Positions 40,938 to 49,554 of a stretch of 64,000 bases of DNA are shown piece after piece. Within the stretch, counting starts at the first letter, position 1. Every line of letters begins with the position of its first letter. Below the pieces are notes generated by a model. The model was not told the DNA's origin. It saw only the letters and a list, made by a program, of their open reading frames with translations, and ran no database searches. The position numbers and the translations under genes are program-made. The stretch is from Acidimicrobiales bacterium (lineage in GTDB: Bacteria; Actinomycetota; Acidimicrobiia; Acidimicrobiales; WLNW01), in contig JBDSMH010000196.1 of the NCBI GenBank assembly GCA_039915945.1, positions 1,964-65,963 on the forward strand, given 5' to 3'.

Positions 40938-41342
40938 GTGCTCGTTGATACCGGGGTCTTCGTGTCGGCCGCAGATCGAGACGAGCCCCGCCACGGCGCC
41001 TGCGCCGCGCTGTTGCGAGGCGGTCGTGAGTTAACGGTGACTGGAGCCGTGATCCCTGAAGCCGCATGGATGATCGAGAGTCGTCTCGGTCCCGCGGCCG
41101 AGGCTCGGTTCTTGCGACTTGTCACGAGCCCCGCGTTCGTCATCGTCGAGCTGACCGCTGCGGACTATCAACGCATCATCGAGCTCGTGGAGCGTTACGC
41201 GGACATGGGACTCGGCACTGTCGATGCATCGATCGTCGCGGTTGCGGAGCGGCTTGGCATCACCACCGTTGCGACGTTGAACCGTCGCGATCTCGCCGTC
41301 GTGCGCCCTACCCACGTCGACGCGTTCGAGCTGCTTCCTTAG
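40938..41342 (+). CDS. vapC: VapC PIN-domain toxin
   Basis: LVDTGV, E, VDASIVAVAERL, ATLNRRDL. Confidence 0.9.
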   Translation: MLVDTGVFVSAADRDEPRHGACAALLRGGRELTVTGAVIPEAAWMIESRLGPAAEARFLRLVTSPAFVIVELTAADYQRIIELVERYADMGLGTVDASIVAVAERLGITTVATLNRRDLAVVRPTHVDAFELLP

Positions 41343-41857
41343 CTGCGTTTCCGTTTGGGCATCGAAGGTCGTCTCGGTCGGGGCAAGAGCGCGTCGGCCA
41401 ACGCGATAAGCGTCGAGATTGTGGGGTTCGGCGCGTCGACGCAGAAAGGACGACGCACCGCCTCGGGAGAGCGTCCGCATTTCTCGGACGGCGGTGGCGT
41501 GCGGTGCGGTGTCCGAATACTTCTGACACTCATGCGTGTCCCCTTGTGTCGGATCGATATTCCCAACGGCTCGCGTTCACGTCATCGTGCACGCATGCCC
41601 TTCTTGCTCGAATCACGCGCATCAACTCGCACCCGCGTGTTCTTGTGCTCGATGATCGCTTCGCTCGACTTCAACTCCAGACGGGTGCACTGCTTGCGGC
41701 ATGACGTATCTGCTGCGATGACGGCGCGTGTGACAACGCTCAAATGCCTCAACGCGCGTGTGTACTGCGCCGAGCAGTTGCCGTCGTGGCTCCGGCGGGT
41801 GATGGGTATTGAACACCGAGTGACCACCCGATTGTGCGGTTCGCGTATTCTGTTCGG

Positions 41858-42115
41858 ATGTGGCGATTATCGGCGGTTCTCGCCGCGTCCTCGAGTGAAC
41901 CCGATGCGTTTGCGGTGATCGGTGGGGTCTGTCTCCTGCTCAGTTTTGGGGCGCTAGCTAGTTCCGTTCGGCCGCGGCTGATCGCGGTGAGAGATCGTGA
42001 TCGGCGGAAGCGGTACGAGGCATTGACCACCCGCTTCAACAGGCTGGCGAGTGTCGTGCTGTGTGGTGTCGGGTTGATCGTCCTGGGTGTGGGTGTCATC
42101 GCACGTCGGGTTTAG
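41858..42115 (+). CDS. Small two-TM membrane protein
   Basis: Two hydrophobic helices separated by a basic loop. Confidence 0.45.
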   Translation: MWRLSAVLAASSSEPDAFAVIGGVCLLLSFGALASSVRPRLIAVRDRDRRKRYEALTTRFNRLASVVLCGVGLIVLGVGVIARRV

Positions 42116-42344
42116 GTTCGGTTGCCTCGGGCGGGCCTTCTGGCGGTTTGCGTGCGCCAATACACTCGGAGAGTTGTTCGATGTGGCAAGGCGCTGTTCG
42201 GCTTTGGGTAGTGCAGCGGGGACGCAGCGCAGTCGGGTGTCGACGACAATCTCGTTCGAGGGTGGTGCGTGTGTCGGTTATTCATCTGCCTGAGAGCGGC
42301 TTGGTCGACTAGCGCGTCGTCATCGATGCGCAACTCTTCGTGCT

Positions 42345-42366
42345 AACGGATTGCTAACGAACGCGT
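42345..42366 (+). repeat. 22-bp direct repeat, putative arm-type site near attR
   Basis: Identical to 39466-39487; TGCTAACG occurs in tandem at 42341 and 42352. Confidence 0.75.
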
Positions 42367-42475
42367 CGAAACAAGCCATTTCGAGCAAACACGCGCTGGA
42401 CGACGCTTTCGCGAATCCGCCGCCTGGGGACCACGCGGGGGACGCGACTGGATCGTACGGACCCATAGGTGCCGT

Positions 42476-42528
42476 CTTAAACCCCTTGGTCCGCAAGGGC
42501 TTGCGGGTTCGAATCCGCCCCGGGCACG
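42476..42528 (+). repeat. attR: duplicated 3' half of tRNA-Leu
   Basis: CTTAAACCCCTTGGTCCGCAAGGGCTTGCGGGTTCGAATCC-GCCCCGGGCACG. Confidence 0.92.
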
Positions 42529-42543
42529 CTGACTCTCGCGGGC

Positions 42544-42852
42544 TTAGCAGCCGGTGGCGTCTCGTAGGCGTTGACACGCTTGTGCAAGCCGATCTGGTTT
42601 GAGCTGAACGATGGGTCGGCGAAAAGTTTCCCGCCCGATGGTGTGAATGTTGTCGAAGTTCACAACGCAATCGCTGGGGACCCCGTCGCCGGCAACGGTG
42701 AGCTCGAGTTCGGAAACAAGCCCGCGGCGAGTGCGAGTCAACGCGGCAACAACGACGGCCCCGATTCGTTCCGCGACGGGGTCGCGGGTAAGTACCAGTA
42801 CTGGACGGTCCCCGCCCGGCGTCGCCGCGAACCAGATCTCACCGCGCTGCAT
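42544..42852 (-). CDS. mazF: MazF/PemK family toxin
   Basis: QRGEIW...DRPVLVLTR...ALT..RRG...VVNFDNIHTI. Confidence 0.9.
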   Translation of the reverse strand: MQRGEIWFAATPGGDRPVLVLTRDPVAERIGAVVVAALTRTRRGLVSELELTVAGDGVPSDCVVNFDNIHTIGRETFRRPIVQLKPDRLAQACQRLRDATGC

Positions 42853-43090
42853 CGGCCCAATCCGACCAGTCCTCCGCGGGGCCCCAGTCGGCGACCGCCG
42901 CCAAGGCCGACTCGCCGTCGCTCAGCGGTGACAGGGCCCACCGTTCCACGTCGATCTCGGAGGCGAGTCTTGCGAGGTGGCGGTGCAACGCCTCGCGTAA
43001 TAGCTCGGATTTGTCGACCCCAAGGCGATCGGCCCAGCGTTGGGCCTCTTCTGCCTCAGCGTCGTCGACGCGAAAACTCAGCATTGTCAT
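42839..43090 (-). CDS. mazE: MazE-type RHH antitoxin
   Basis: LSFRVDD...KSELLREAL...acidic/Trp tail DWGPAEDWSDW; overlaps the mazF start. Confidence 0.85.
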   Translation of the reverse strand: MTMLSFRVDDAEAEEAQRWADRLGVDKSELLREALHRHLARLASEIDVERWALSPLSDGESALAAVADWGPAEDWSDWADAAR

Positions 43091-43114
43091 ACACTCAATG
43101 TAGTCTGTATGACA
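43085..43114. promoter_or_regulatory. Putative mazEF operator/promoter
   Basis: Perfect inverted repeat TGTCATACA-N12-TGTATGACA flanking a minus-strand TACATT -10 box and covering the start codon. Confidence 0.7.
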
Positions 43115-43140
43115 GAGCGTGCGTTGCGGTCTCGGCCCAC

Positions 43141-43896
43141 TCAGGAACCGGCGGCGCCGATGGCCACTCCGAAGAACAAGACCGAACGACCACCGGTCGG
43201 GGGAAGCGCCGCCCAGATGTCGCGCGCGGCGGCGTCGGCGTCGAGCACACCGATGCCGGTAGCGAGCGCGTCGGCGACGGCCGGCGCCGCCGGGAAGTCG
43301 TCTGCGGGCAGCAACGCGTCCTTGCGCGCAGCAGGCGTGTCGACGAAGCCAGGGCGCACGGCCACGACCCAGGGCCCGACACCGCGGTGATCGCGTTCGG
43401 CGCGCACCGATCGCACCCACTGCTCCATGGCGGCCTTGCCCGCGCCGTACACGGCCAGCGCCGGATAGGGCAGGCGCGCCGCGCCCGATGACATCTGGAC
43501 CAAGCCCACCTCGACGCCGCGCTCGACCGCCGACCGGGCCGCCCGCAAGAACGCGTCACCGAGCACGATCGGCGCCGCCACGTTGGCCATGACCTCCGCG
43601 AACTGCTCGAGCGGCTCGCCCTCTCCGGCGAAGCTGCGGTGATGGTGAAAGGCGTTGTGTATGAAGATGGCGCGGCTCCCCGTGAAGCGTGCGAGCTGTT
43701 CGGTGAACGACGTGGTGGCCGCGGACCACGAAGCGGGATCTGTGAGATCCATCACGACGGACTCGAACTCGTCGTGCACCCTGCGCGAGATGTTGATGAT
43801 TCGGGCCCCGTCGTACGGACAGTTCCGTGCGAGGGCGGCGCCTATCCCCGACGTCGCGCCGCTGATCCACACGATCGTGTCATTCGCTTCGCCCAT
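43141..43896 (-). CDS. SDR family oxidoreductase
   Basis: ISGATSGIG, HNA, SSGAA, YGAGK, PGFVDT. Confidence 0.88.
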   Translation of the reverse strand: MGEANDTIVWISGATSGIGAALARNCPYDGARIINISRRVHDEFESVVMDLTDPASWSAATTSFTEQLARFTGSRAIFIHNAFHHHRSFAGEGEPLEQFAEVMANVAAPIVLGDAFLRAARSAVERGVEVGLVQMSSGAARLPYPALAVYGAGKAAMEQWVRSVRAERDHRGVGPWVVAVRPGFVDTPAARKDALLPADDFPAAPAVADALATGIGVLDADAAARDIWAALPPTGGRSVLFFGVAIGAAGS

Positions 43897-43977
43897 TGAT
43901 TGCTCCGCTTCGCCAAGGACTGATCCTTCGCAGTCCAAGACCATCCTGCCGGAATTCGGTGTGCCGTGGACGCGGCC

Positions 43978-45015
43978 TCAGCAGTCCATGACGCCCGTTT
44001 CACCGAGCGTCACCGATGACGTCGATGCGGCAGCCAACAGTCCATTTTCGAACACGAACCATACGCGGCGCGTACCACTTGTCGTTGCTCCGTCATGGAC
44101 GGCGAGTATCACTTGATTGCTTGCCGGGCACGTGAGACTTGTGGGTGTCACGAGTCGTTCGCCGTACACCGCGCGGACCTGTGCCTCGGTCCATCCGACG
44201 CGAACGGCCGCGGGTACCACGCCGCGGTGGACTGACCCAGATGATGACGGCGTCGAGAGCATCGAGGCCACTTGCCCTGAGCGAAAGTATGGGCATCGAG
44301 GCGTCGTAGGTTGCGAAGTACGCGTGGGCGTTCGGCGCGATGGATCTGGTTGTCGCGGGGATCGGATGACCGTCCCATTCGCTGAAGCGAGGGTCGATGA
44401 CCAGTTCGCCCCCGAGTGTTGCCTGCGCGTCTCGCACCGTCACGCCCAACGCGAGTGGGCCGTAGTGACCCATCTCGAGCGACGCGGTGTATACACGCGT
44501 CGGCGGTTCGGCTACGAGCCAGTACTGACGCTCGCCCAGCGTGTGGAGGCCCGGCGCCAAGAGGTCGCCCGCCCGACCCGCATTCAGGTACTCACGGTCC
44601 GTCACCGGCACTTGGAAGCGGCGCGTGCCCAGGACCACCTCGACGGTCTCTCTCGAATTGTTTGCGAGCAGCAGTTCTTGGGAGGGCGCGATCTTGGTAC
44701 AGCGACTGGTGGACGCACGCAGCGCGCCGCCGACCACCACGAAGACCGCGCGCCGTATCTCGAAGCCATCACAGGGCCCGGTCGGCGAAGGTGATTCAGC
44801 GGGCCGCAACGCCGGCGCGTTGGGCATCGTCGTCGGAGGCGTAGTCGTCGCGAGGGCAATCGATGTGGCCGACGCGGCCGAGTACAGCTAGTGGGTGACG
44901 CACCTGTGGTCGGGGTCGCGCCGGCCCCTCCATCGACGTCGCGCCCGCAGGCAGCCAGCAAGACCATGGCCAGAGGCCACAGGTTTCGTCGCACGGTCGC
45001 TCCTCGGTTCGTCAT
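43978..45015 (-). pseudogene. Lipoprotein gene broken by two frameshifts
   Basis: Lipobox LAAC in ORF 44602..45015; the Thr/Pro linker and body continue in 44093..44827; the C-terminus VRVGWTEAQVRAVYG is in 43978..44271. Confidence 0.6.
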
Positions 45016-45167
45016 TGTCTATCGACCTATCGACGCCGTTCACCCGGTAGATCTTCCGACAACAGGTCGATGGCCCTATCCGTGTGCCCGCCAGTCTCAC
45101 ATGCATCTTCGCGGCGCCGATGTAGAGGTGTGCTCGACATCGCGCACGGCCTCGAACGCATGCGGAG

Positions 45168-46163
45168 ATGATCACCCGATGGTGGGTTCGACCGCTCGCC
45201 ATCCGGGCCCTTTGGCGGTTGCTGTCGTTTTGCATCTTCGTCGCCGTGGGCGGCAAGCCGATCGTCGGCGCGGCGCGATGGGACGACGGCTATTACCTGA
45301 CGATCCTACGCCAGGGCTATCGCCCGTTCCCGGCGTACGGCGCGTTCCAACAGACGGAGTTCTTCCCATTGCTCCCGTGGACGACGCGCGTGGTGCAGGC
45401 ACTGGTTCGCTCCGAAACCGTCGCCGTACACATCGTCGTGTCGGCGGCATCTCTGGCCGCGGTGTTGCTCATCTATACGATCGCTCGCCGGTACCGCGAC
45501 GAGGCGACCGCACTGTTGGCGGTGGCCGTGCTATTGGGGTCGCCCGGCTCGATCTTCCTATGGCTGTTCTTCAGCGAAGGCATCTACATCGCGCTGTCCG
45601 CCGGCGCGCTGCTCGCCGCCGAATCGCGACGACCGTTGCTCGCCGCGGCGCTGGGTGCCGGTGTCGCGATGTGTCGACCGCTCGGCGTGTTGATCGTGGT
45701 GCCGCTACTCCTCGCGCAGGCCGAGCGTCGACCTCGCGCCGAGCGGCGGCGAGTCGATTGCACCACCGCCACCGCGTTCGTCCCAGTCGTCGGCCTACTC
45801 GTGGTGATGGCCGCGCAGTGGCGGCAAGCCGGCGACCCATTCGCCTATCCCAAGGTGAGCGCGCTCTGGGGCCGCCACAACTCGCTGCCCATCACGCCGC
45901 TCGTTGAACGCCTCCAAGAGATGTTCGTGCTCCGACTGTTCAATGGCGTGATCCTCGCCGATTGGCTGTGCATGGTCGTCGTTCTCGCGATGGGTGCCTA
46001 CTCGCTGCGCGCTCGGTTCTCGTGCGCGCTGCCCGCAGCGATCCTCATCGCGGACAAGTTGCGCGGCCGCCAGCGACTCACACTGGTGGTCTTAATCCTC
46101 TCGCTGACTTTCCTCGAGGTGCAGATTGCCTCCGCGTGGCATGGCGGGTTGTACGTCGGTTGA
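45168..46163 (+). CDS. GT-C membrane glycosyltransferase (mannosyltransferase/PIG-V-like)
   Basis: RWDDGYYL, FFPLLP, FSEG, RPLG; multiple TM segments. Confidence 0.75.
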   Translation: MITRWWVRPLAIRALWRLLSFCIFVAVGGKPIVGAARWDDGYYLTILRQGYRPFPAYGAFQQTEFFPLLPWTTRVVQALVRSETVAVHIVVSAASLAAVLLIYTIARRYRDEATALLAVAVLLGSPGSIFLWLFFSEGIYIALSAGALLAAESRRPLLAAALGAGVAMCRPLGVLIVVPLLLAQAERRPRAERRRVDCTTATAFVPVVGLLVVMAAQWRQAGDPFAYPKVSALWGRHNSLPITPLVERLQEMFVLRLFNGVILADWLCMVVVLAMGAYSLRARFSCALPAAILIADKLRGRQRLTLVVLILSLTFLEVQIASAWHGGLYVG

Positions 46164-46178
46164 GGCCGGGGCCGAGAT

Positions 46179-46985
46179 TCAGAAACCGGGTAAACCGTCA
46201 CAGTACAAGCCGGCGGTGAAACCGCCGTCGACCGGAAAATCACCACCGGTGCAGCCGCCGCTGTCGTCGGACAACAAGAAGAGCGCCATCTTCGCTGTGT
46301 CGGTCGTCGTGACGTCGTACGGCACTCCGTCGCGATACAGCTTTGGCGGCGGCGCAGTGCGCTGGTAGCGCTCCCAGTCGAGGCGCGGGCTGAACGGCGC
46401 GAACATCTCGGGACTGCCGAGCGACGGGTGGATGGTGTTCACGCGAATCGCATGGCGTCCGAGTTCGATCGCTGCCGACTTGGCCAGGCCACGCACGCCC
46501 CATTTGCTGGCGGAGTACATGGTGATGCTGTTCATACCGTGCATGCCGTCGATCGAACCGATATTGACGATCGATCCGCCGCCCGCTTCTCGCAGCAACG
46601 GCGCGCAGAAACGGATGCCGAGGAACACGCCGAATAGATTCACGTCGAGCAAGCGGTGCGCGTCATCGAGGGGGATCTCTTCGAGCGTGCCCATGTGCAA
46701 GATCGCGGCGTTGTTGACAAGGCCATCGAGGCCGCCGAGGTGATCGGTGATCTGCGGCAGCGCCGCGGCCCAGTCGGCCTCGCGCGACACGTCGAGGTGC
46801 ACATACTGCGCGCCCTCGCCGAGTGACTCCGCGACGGCGTGACCCTGTTCGTCGCGTATGTCGACGAGTGTCACCCGAGCGCCGCCCGCGATCAACTGGC
46901 GTGCGATCTCCTCGCCGACGCCACGCGCCGCGCCGGTGACGAGGATGCGTTTGCCGTGCACCGATGTCACAGCGACCCGAGCCAT
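46179..46985 (-). CDS. SDR family oxidoreductase (hydroxysteroid dehydrogenase-like)
   Basis: TGAARGVG, NNAA, YSASK, IRVN, VDGG. Confidence 0.9.
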   Translation of the reverse strand: MARVAVTSVHGKRILVTGAARGVGEEIARQLIAGGARVTLVDIRDEQGHAVAESLGEGAQYVHLDVSREADWAAALPQITDHLGGLDGLVNNAAILHMGTLEEIPLDDAHRLLDVNLFGVFLGIRFCAPLLREAGGGSIVNIGSIDGMHGMNSITMYSASKWGVRGLAKSAAIELGRHAIRVNTIHPSLGSPEMFAPFSPRLDWERYQRTAPPPKLYRDGVPYDVTTTDTAKMALFLLSDDSGGCTGGDFPVDGGFTAGLYCDGLPGF

Positions 46986-48175
46986 CCGTTGATCGAATCG
47001 ACGAGGTGCCCGACGTCGTCGCTGGTGAGGCCGTGGTGCAACGGCAGCGATAGTGCCCGGTCCATCACACGATCACAGTTGGGCAAGCCGTCCGCAGGTT
47101 GGCGGTGCGCGATGTTGGCAAAGCCCGGTTGACGCAAGATGTTGCCGGTCCAGACCATGCGCGTCGGGATGTTGCGTTCGAGGAAGAACTCTTGCGCCTC
47201 GGTGCGGTCGATCCCGTCGTCGAGGATGAACGGGTAGCGCATCCATGTTGTGTCGACACCTTCGGTCGTGCGTGGCGCGATGACCTTGTCGGCATGCGGC
47301 GCGATCGCTTCGTCGAGTGCCCGCTTGGTCTGCTGGCGCCGTGCGTTGAAGTCGGGGAGCTTGTCCATCTGCACGAGGCCGTAGGCCGCCATGATCTCGG
47401 AGGGCTCGAAGTTGTAGCCCATGTCGTCGAAGACGAAGATCAAGTCGTACGGCGTGCCGTCGCTCAACGGACCGAAGCGGTCGTCGCTGCCCTTGCGACT
47501 ACCGAATAGATACGTCTCGGACCGGCGTCCCCAGCGCCGCCGCATCAACGTCTGGTCGTGCCAGTCAGGGTCGTTCACCGCGATCAGTCCGCCGTTGCCG
47601 GCCGCGGTCATCGAGTGCGTGCGAGCGAAACTGGTCACCACGATGTCGGCGCGCAAGCCCGTCCGCGTGCCCCGCAACTTGGAGTCCAGCACATCGCACG
47701 AGTCCTCGACGACCAACAAACCGTGCTTGTCCGCGATGGCTCGGATGCGGTCCCAGTCGGGACAGTTGCCGACGAGATTGGGAGTGAGAATGGCCTTGGT
47801 GCGGGGCCCGATCATTTCCTCGATCGCGGTCACATCGATCTGGTACGTGTCGGGCTCGACATCGACAAAAACCGGAATGATGCCGTTGCGCACCAGCGGC
47901 GCAACGTCGCTCGAAAAGGTCAACGGCGACGTGATGACCTCGTCACCGGGCTCGCAACCCAAGAGGTCGACGGCCAACCACAGCGCGGAGGTGCCGGAGT
48001 TGACCATCACGCCGTGTTCCTTGGCCAAGAGTTCCGCGCCGCGCCGCTCGAACTCGGCCACGCGCAGTCCGAGATCGAGCAGGCCCGAACGCAACACCTC
48101 GAGCACGGCTTCGATCTCACGCTCGTCATGCACCGGCCCCGCTTCGGTCACGCGATGCATTCGTATGTCGGCCAT
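46967..48175 (-). CDS. DegT/DnrJ/EryC1/StrS-fold enzyme, His variant (RfbH/ColD-like dehydratase)
   Basis: VNSGTSAL, PGDEVIT, EDSCD, SFARTHSMT..GNGG, GYNF, TGNILRQP. Confidence 0.85.
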   Translation of the reverse strand: MADIRMHRVTEAGPVHDEREIEAVLEVLRSGLLDLGLRVAEFERRGAELLAKEHGVMVNSGTSALWLAVDLLGCEPGDEVITSPLTFSSDVAPLVRNGIIPVFVDVEPDTYQIDVTAIEEMIGPRTKAILTPNLVGNCPDWDRIRAIADKHGLLVVEDSCDVLDSKLRGTRTGLRADIVVTSFARTHSMTAAGNGGLIAVNDPDWHDQTLMRRRWGRRSETYLFGSRKGSDDRFGPLSDGTPYDLIFVFDDMGYNFEPSEIMAAYGLVQMDKLPDFNARRQQTKRALDEAIAPHADKVIAPRTTEGVDTTWMRYPFILDDGIDRTEAQEFFLERNIPTRMVWTGNILRQPGFANIAHRQPADGLPNCDRVMDRALSLPLHHGLTSDDVGHLVDSINGWLGSL

Positions 48176-48240
48176 TGTCGAACCCCCGTTGGTGCAGACC
48201 CGAACCCGATCCTTGCATGCGGCCGAGATAGGGTCCACCG

Positions 48241-49554
48241 ATGACCGATTACGACGTCATCGTCGTCGGTGGGGGCGCCGCCGGCATGTCCGCCGCGATC
48301 ACTGCGCACGATCGCGGTGCGCGTGTGCTGTTGTGCGAGAGCGAGACGACGCTGGGTGGGTCGACTGCGCTGTCGGGTGGATGGTTCTTCGCCGCCGGGA
48401 CAAGTGTGCAACGAGCGGCCGGCATCGACGACGACACGACGCAGTCCATGTTCGACTACTACGCGCAGGTGAACCAATGGCGCATCGATGCGCCGGTCGT
48501 GCGCCGGCTATGTGAAGAGGCGGGTGCCGCGCTCGAGTGGCTCGTCTCGCTGGGCGTTGACTTTCCGGTCAAGAGCCTCAAGCGATCGGGGATGGAGACC
48601 ATTGCGCGCGGCCATCAACCCGTCGGGCGCGGCGCCGAGATCGCGGAGATGCTCGAGCGCGCGGTCCGATCGCGACCGATCGACGTTGCCCTCGGCAACC
48701 GCGTCGAGCGGTTACTGCCCGACGGTATGGTGGCCCGCGGCGATACTGCCACGGCAAACGCACTCGTCATCGCTACGGGCGGTTTCGGTCAGAACCGCGA
48801 CATGATGCGCCGCTGTTATCCGACCGCCGGGGACAAGCATTCGTCGATGTCGGCGCCGGGCTCTCGAGGTGACGGCATCACGATGGCGGCCGCGTACGGT
48901 GCCATCGTCACCGGGCACGACACCGGCCTCTTGATCCCCTGCGCGTCGATTGCCCACGGGCAGATCGAGCCAGGCGGATGGGCGATGCTCGTCAACCGCG
49001 AAGGCCGTCGCTTCATCGACGAGTCGTCGTACTACTCGGTGCTCAGCCTCGCGATCCGTGCCGAAGGGGGCCATTGCTTCGCCATCTTCGACGAGACCAC
49101 GCGCCGCCGAGCGCCACTCGACGGTTCGTTCGGCGATCTCCTGGGCGATCACGATGTCAGCGACGAACGCATGGCCGCATGGTCGGCCGAAGCGGTGCGC
49201 GCGGACGATGTCGACGCGCTGGCCGAGGCCATCGGTGCTTCGCCGCGTGTCTTGCGCGGGACCATCGCGCGCGCCTCGCCACAGCACGCGCTGCGTGACG
49301 CGCCCTTCTACGCGGTGCGCATCACACCCGGCGTGGTGGCGCTCACCGCGTGCGGGCTGACCATCGACGTCGAGGCGCGCGTACTCGACGAGGCGGGCGA
49401 GCCGATTCCCGGGTGGTTCGCCGCCGGTGAGACCACGGGCAACGTGGTGGGTGACATGTACATTGCGAGCGGCAATTCGATCGCCGGGTGCGTCGTCTAC
49501 GGGCGTATCGCCGGCGACAACGCAGCGCAATACCAACAGCGGGGGCAACCATGA
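48241..49554 (+). CDS. FAD-dependent oxidoreductase (flavocytochrome c / ketosteroid dehydrogenase-like)
   Basis: GGGAAG, GGSTALSGG, ATGGFG, VNREGRRFIDE, FAAGE, GRIAG. Confidence 0.88.
   Translation: MTDYDVIVVGGGAAGMSAAITAHDRGARVLLCESETTLGGSTALSGGWFFAAGTSVQRAAGIDDDTTQSMFDYYAQVNQWRIDAPVVRRLCEEAGAALEWLVSLGVDFPVKSLKRSGMETIARGHQPVGRGAEIAEMLERAVRSRPIDVALGNRVERLLPDGMVARGDTATANALVIATGGFGQNRDMMRRCYPTAGDKHSSMSAPGSRGDGITMAAAYGAIVTGHDTGLLIPCASIAHGQIEPGGWAMLVNREGRRFIDESSYYSVLSLAIRAEGGHCFAIFDETTRRRAPLDGSFGDLLGDHDVSDERMAAWSAEAVRADDVDALAEAIGASPRVLRGTIARASPQHALRDAPFYAVRITPGVVALTACGLTIDVEARVLDEAGEPIPGWFAAGETTGNVVGDMYIASGNSIAGCVVYGRIAGDNAAQYQQRGQP

Larger units (their letters stand above)
39349..42528 (+). 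mobile_element. Integrative element/islet inserted in tRNA-Leu(UAA)
   Basis: tRNA 3' half (39349-39402) is duplicated at 42476-42528 with a 1-bp deletion; integrase lies next to the tRNA. Confidence 0.9.

Noticed and set aside
41355-41918. 187-aa ORF inside the island
   Set aside because: Arg/Cys-rich composition, no RBS and no motif; not supportable as a gene.
42476-42528. Second functional tRNA-Leu
   Set aside because: It lacks the 5' acceptor strand and D arm and has a deletion in the T stem; it is attR.
39349-42528. Prophage
   Set aside because: No structural, replication or lysis genes between the att sites.
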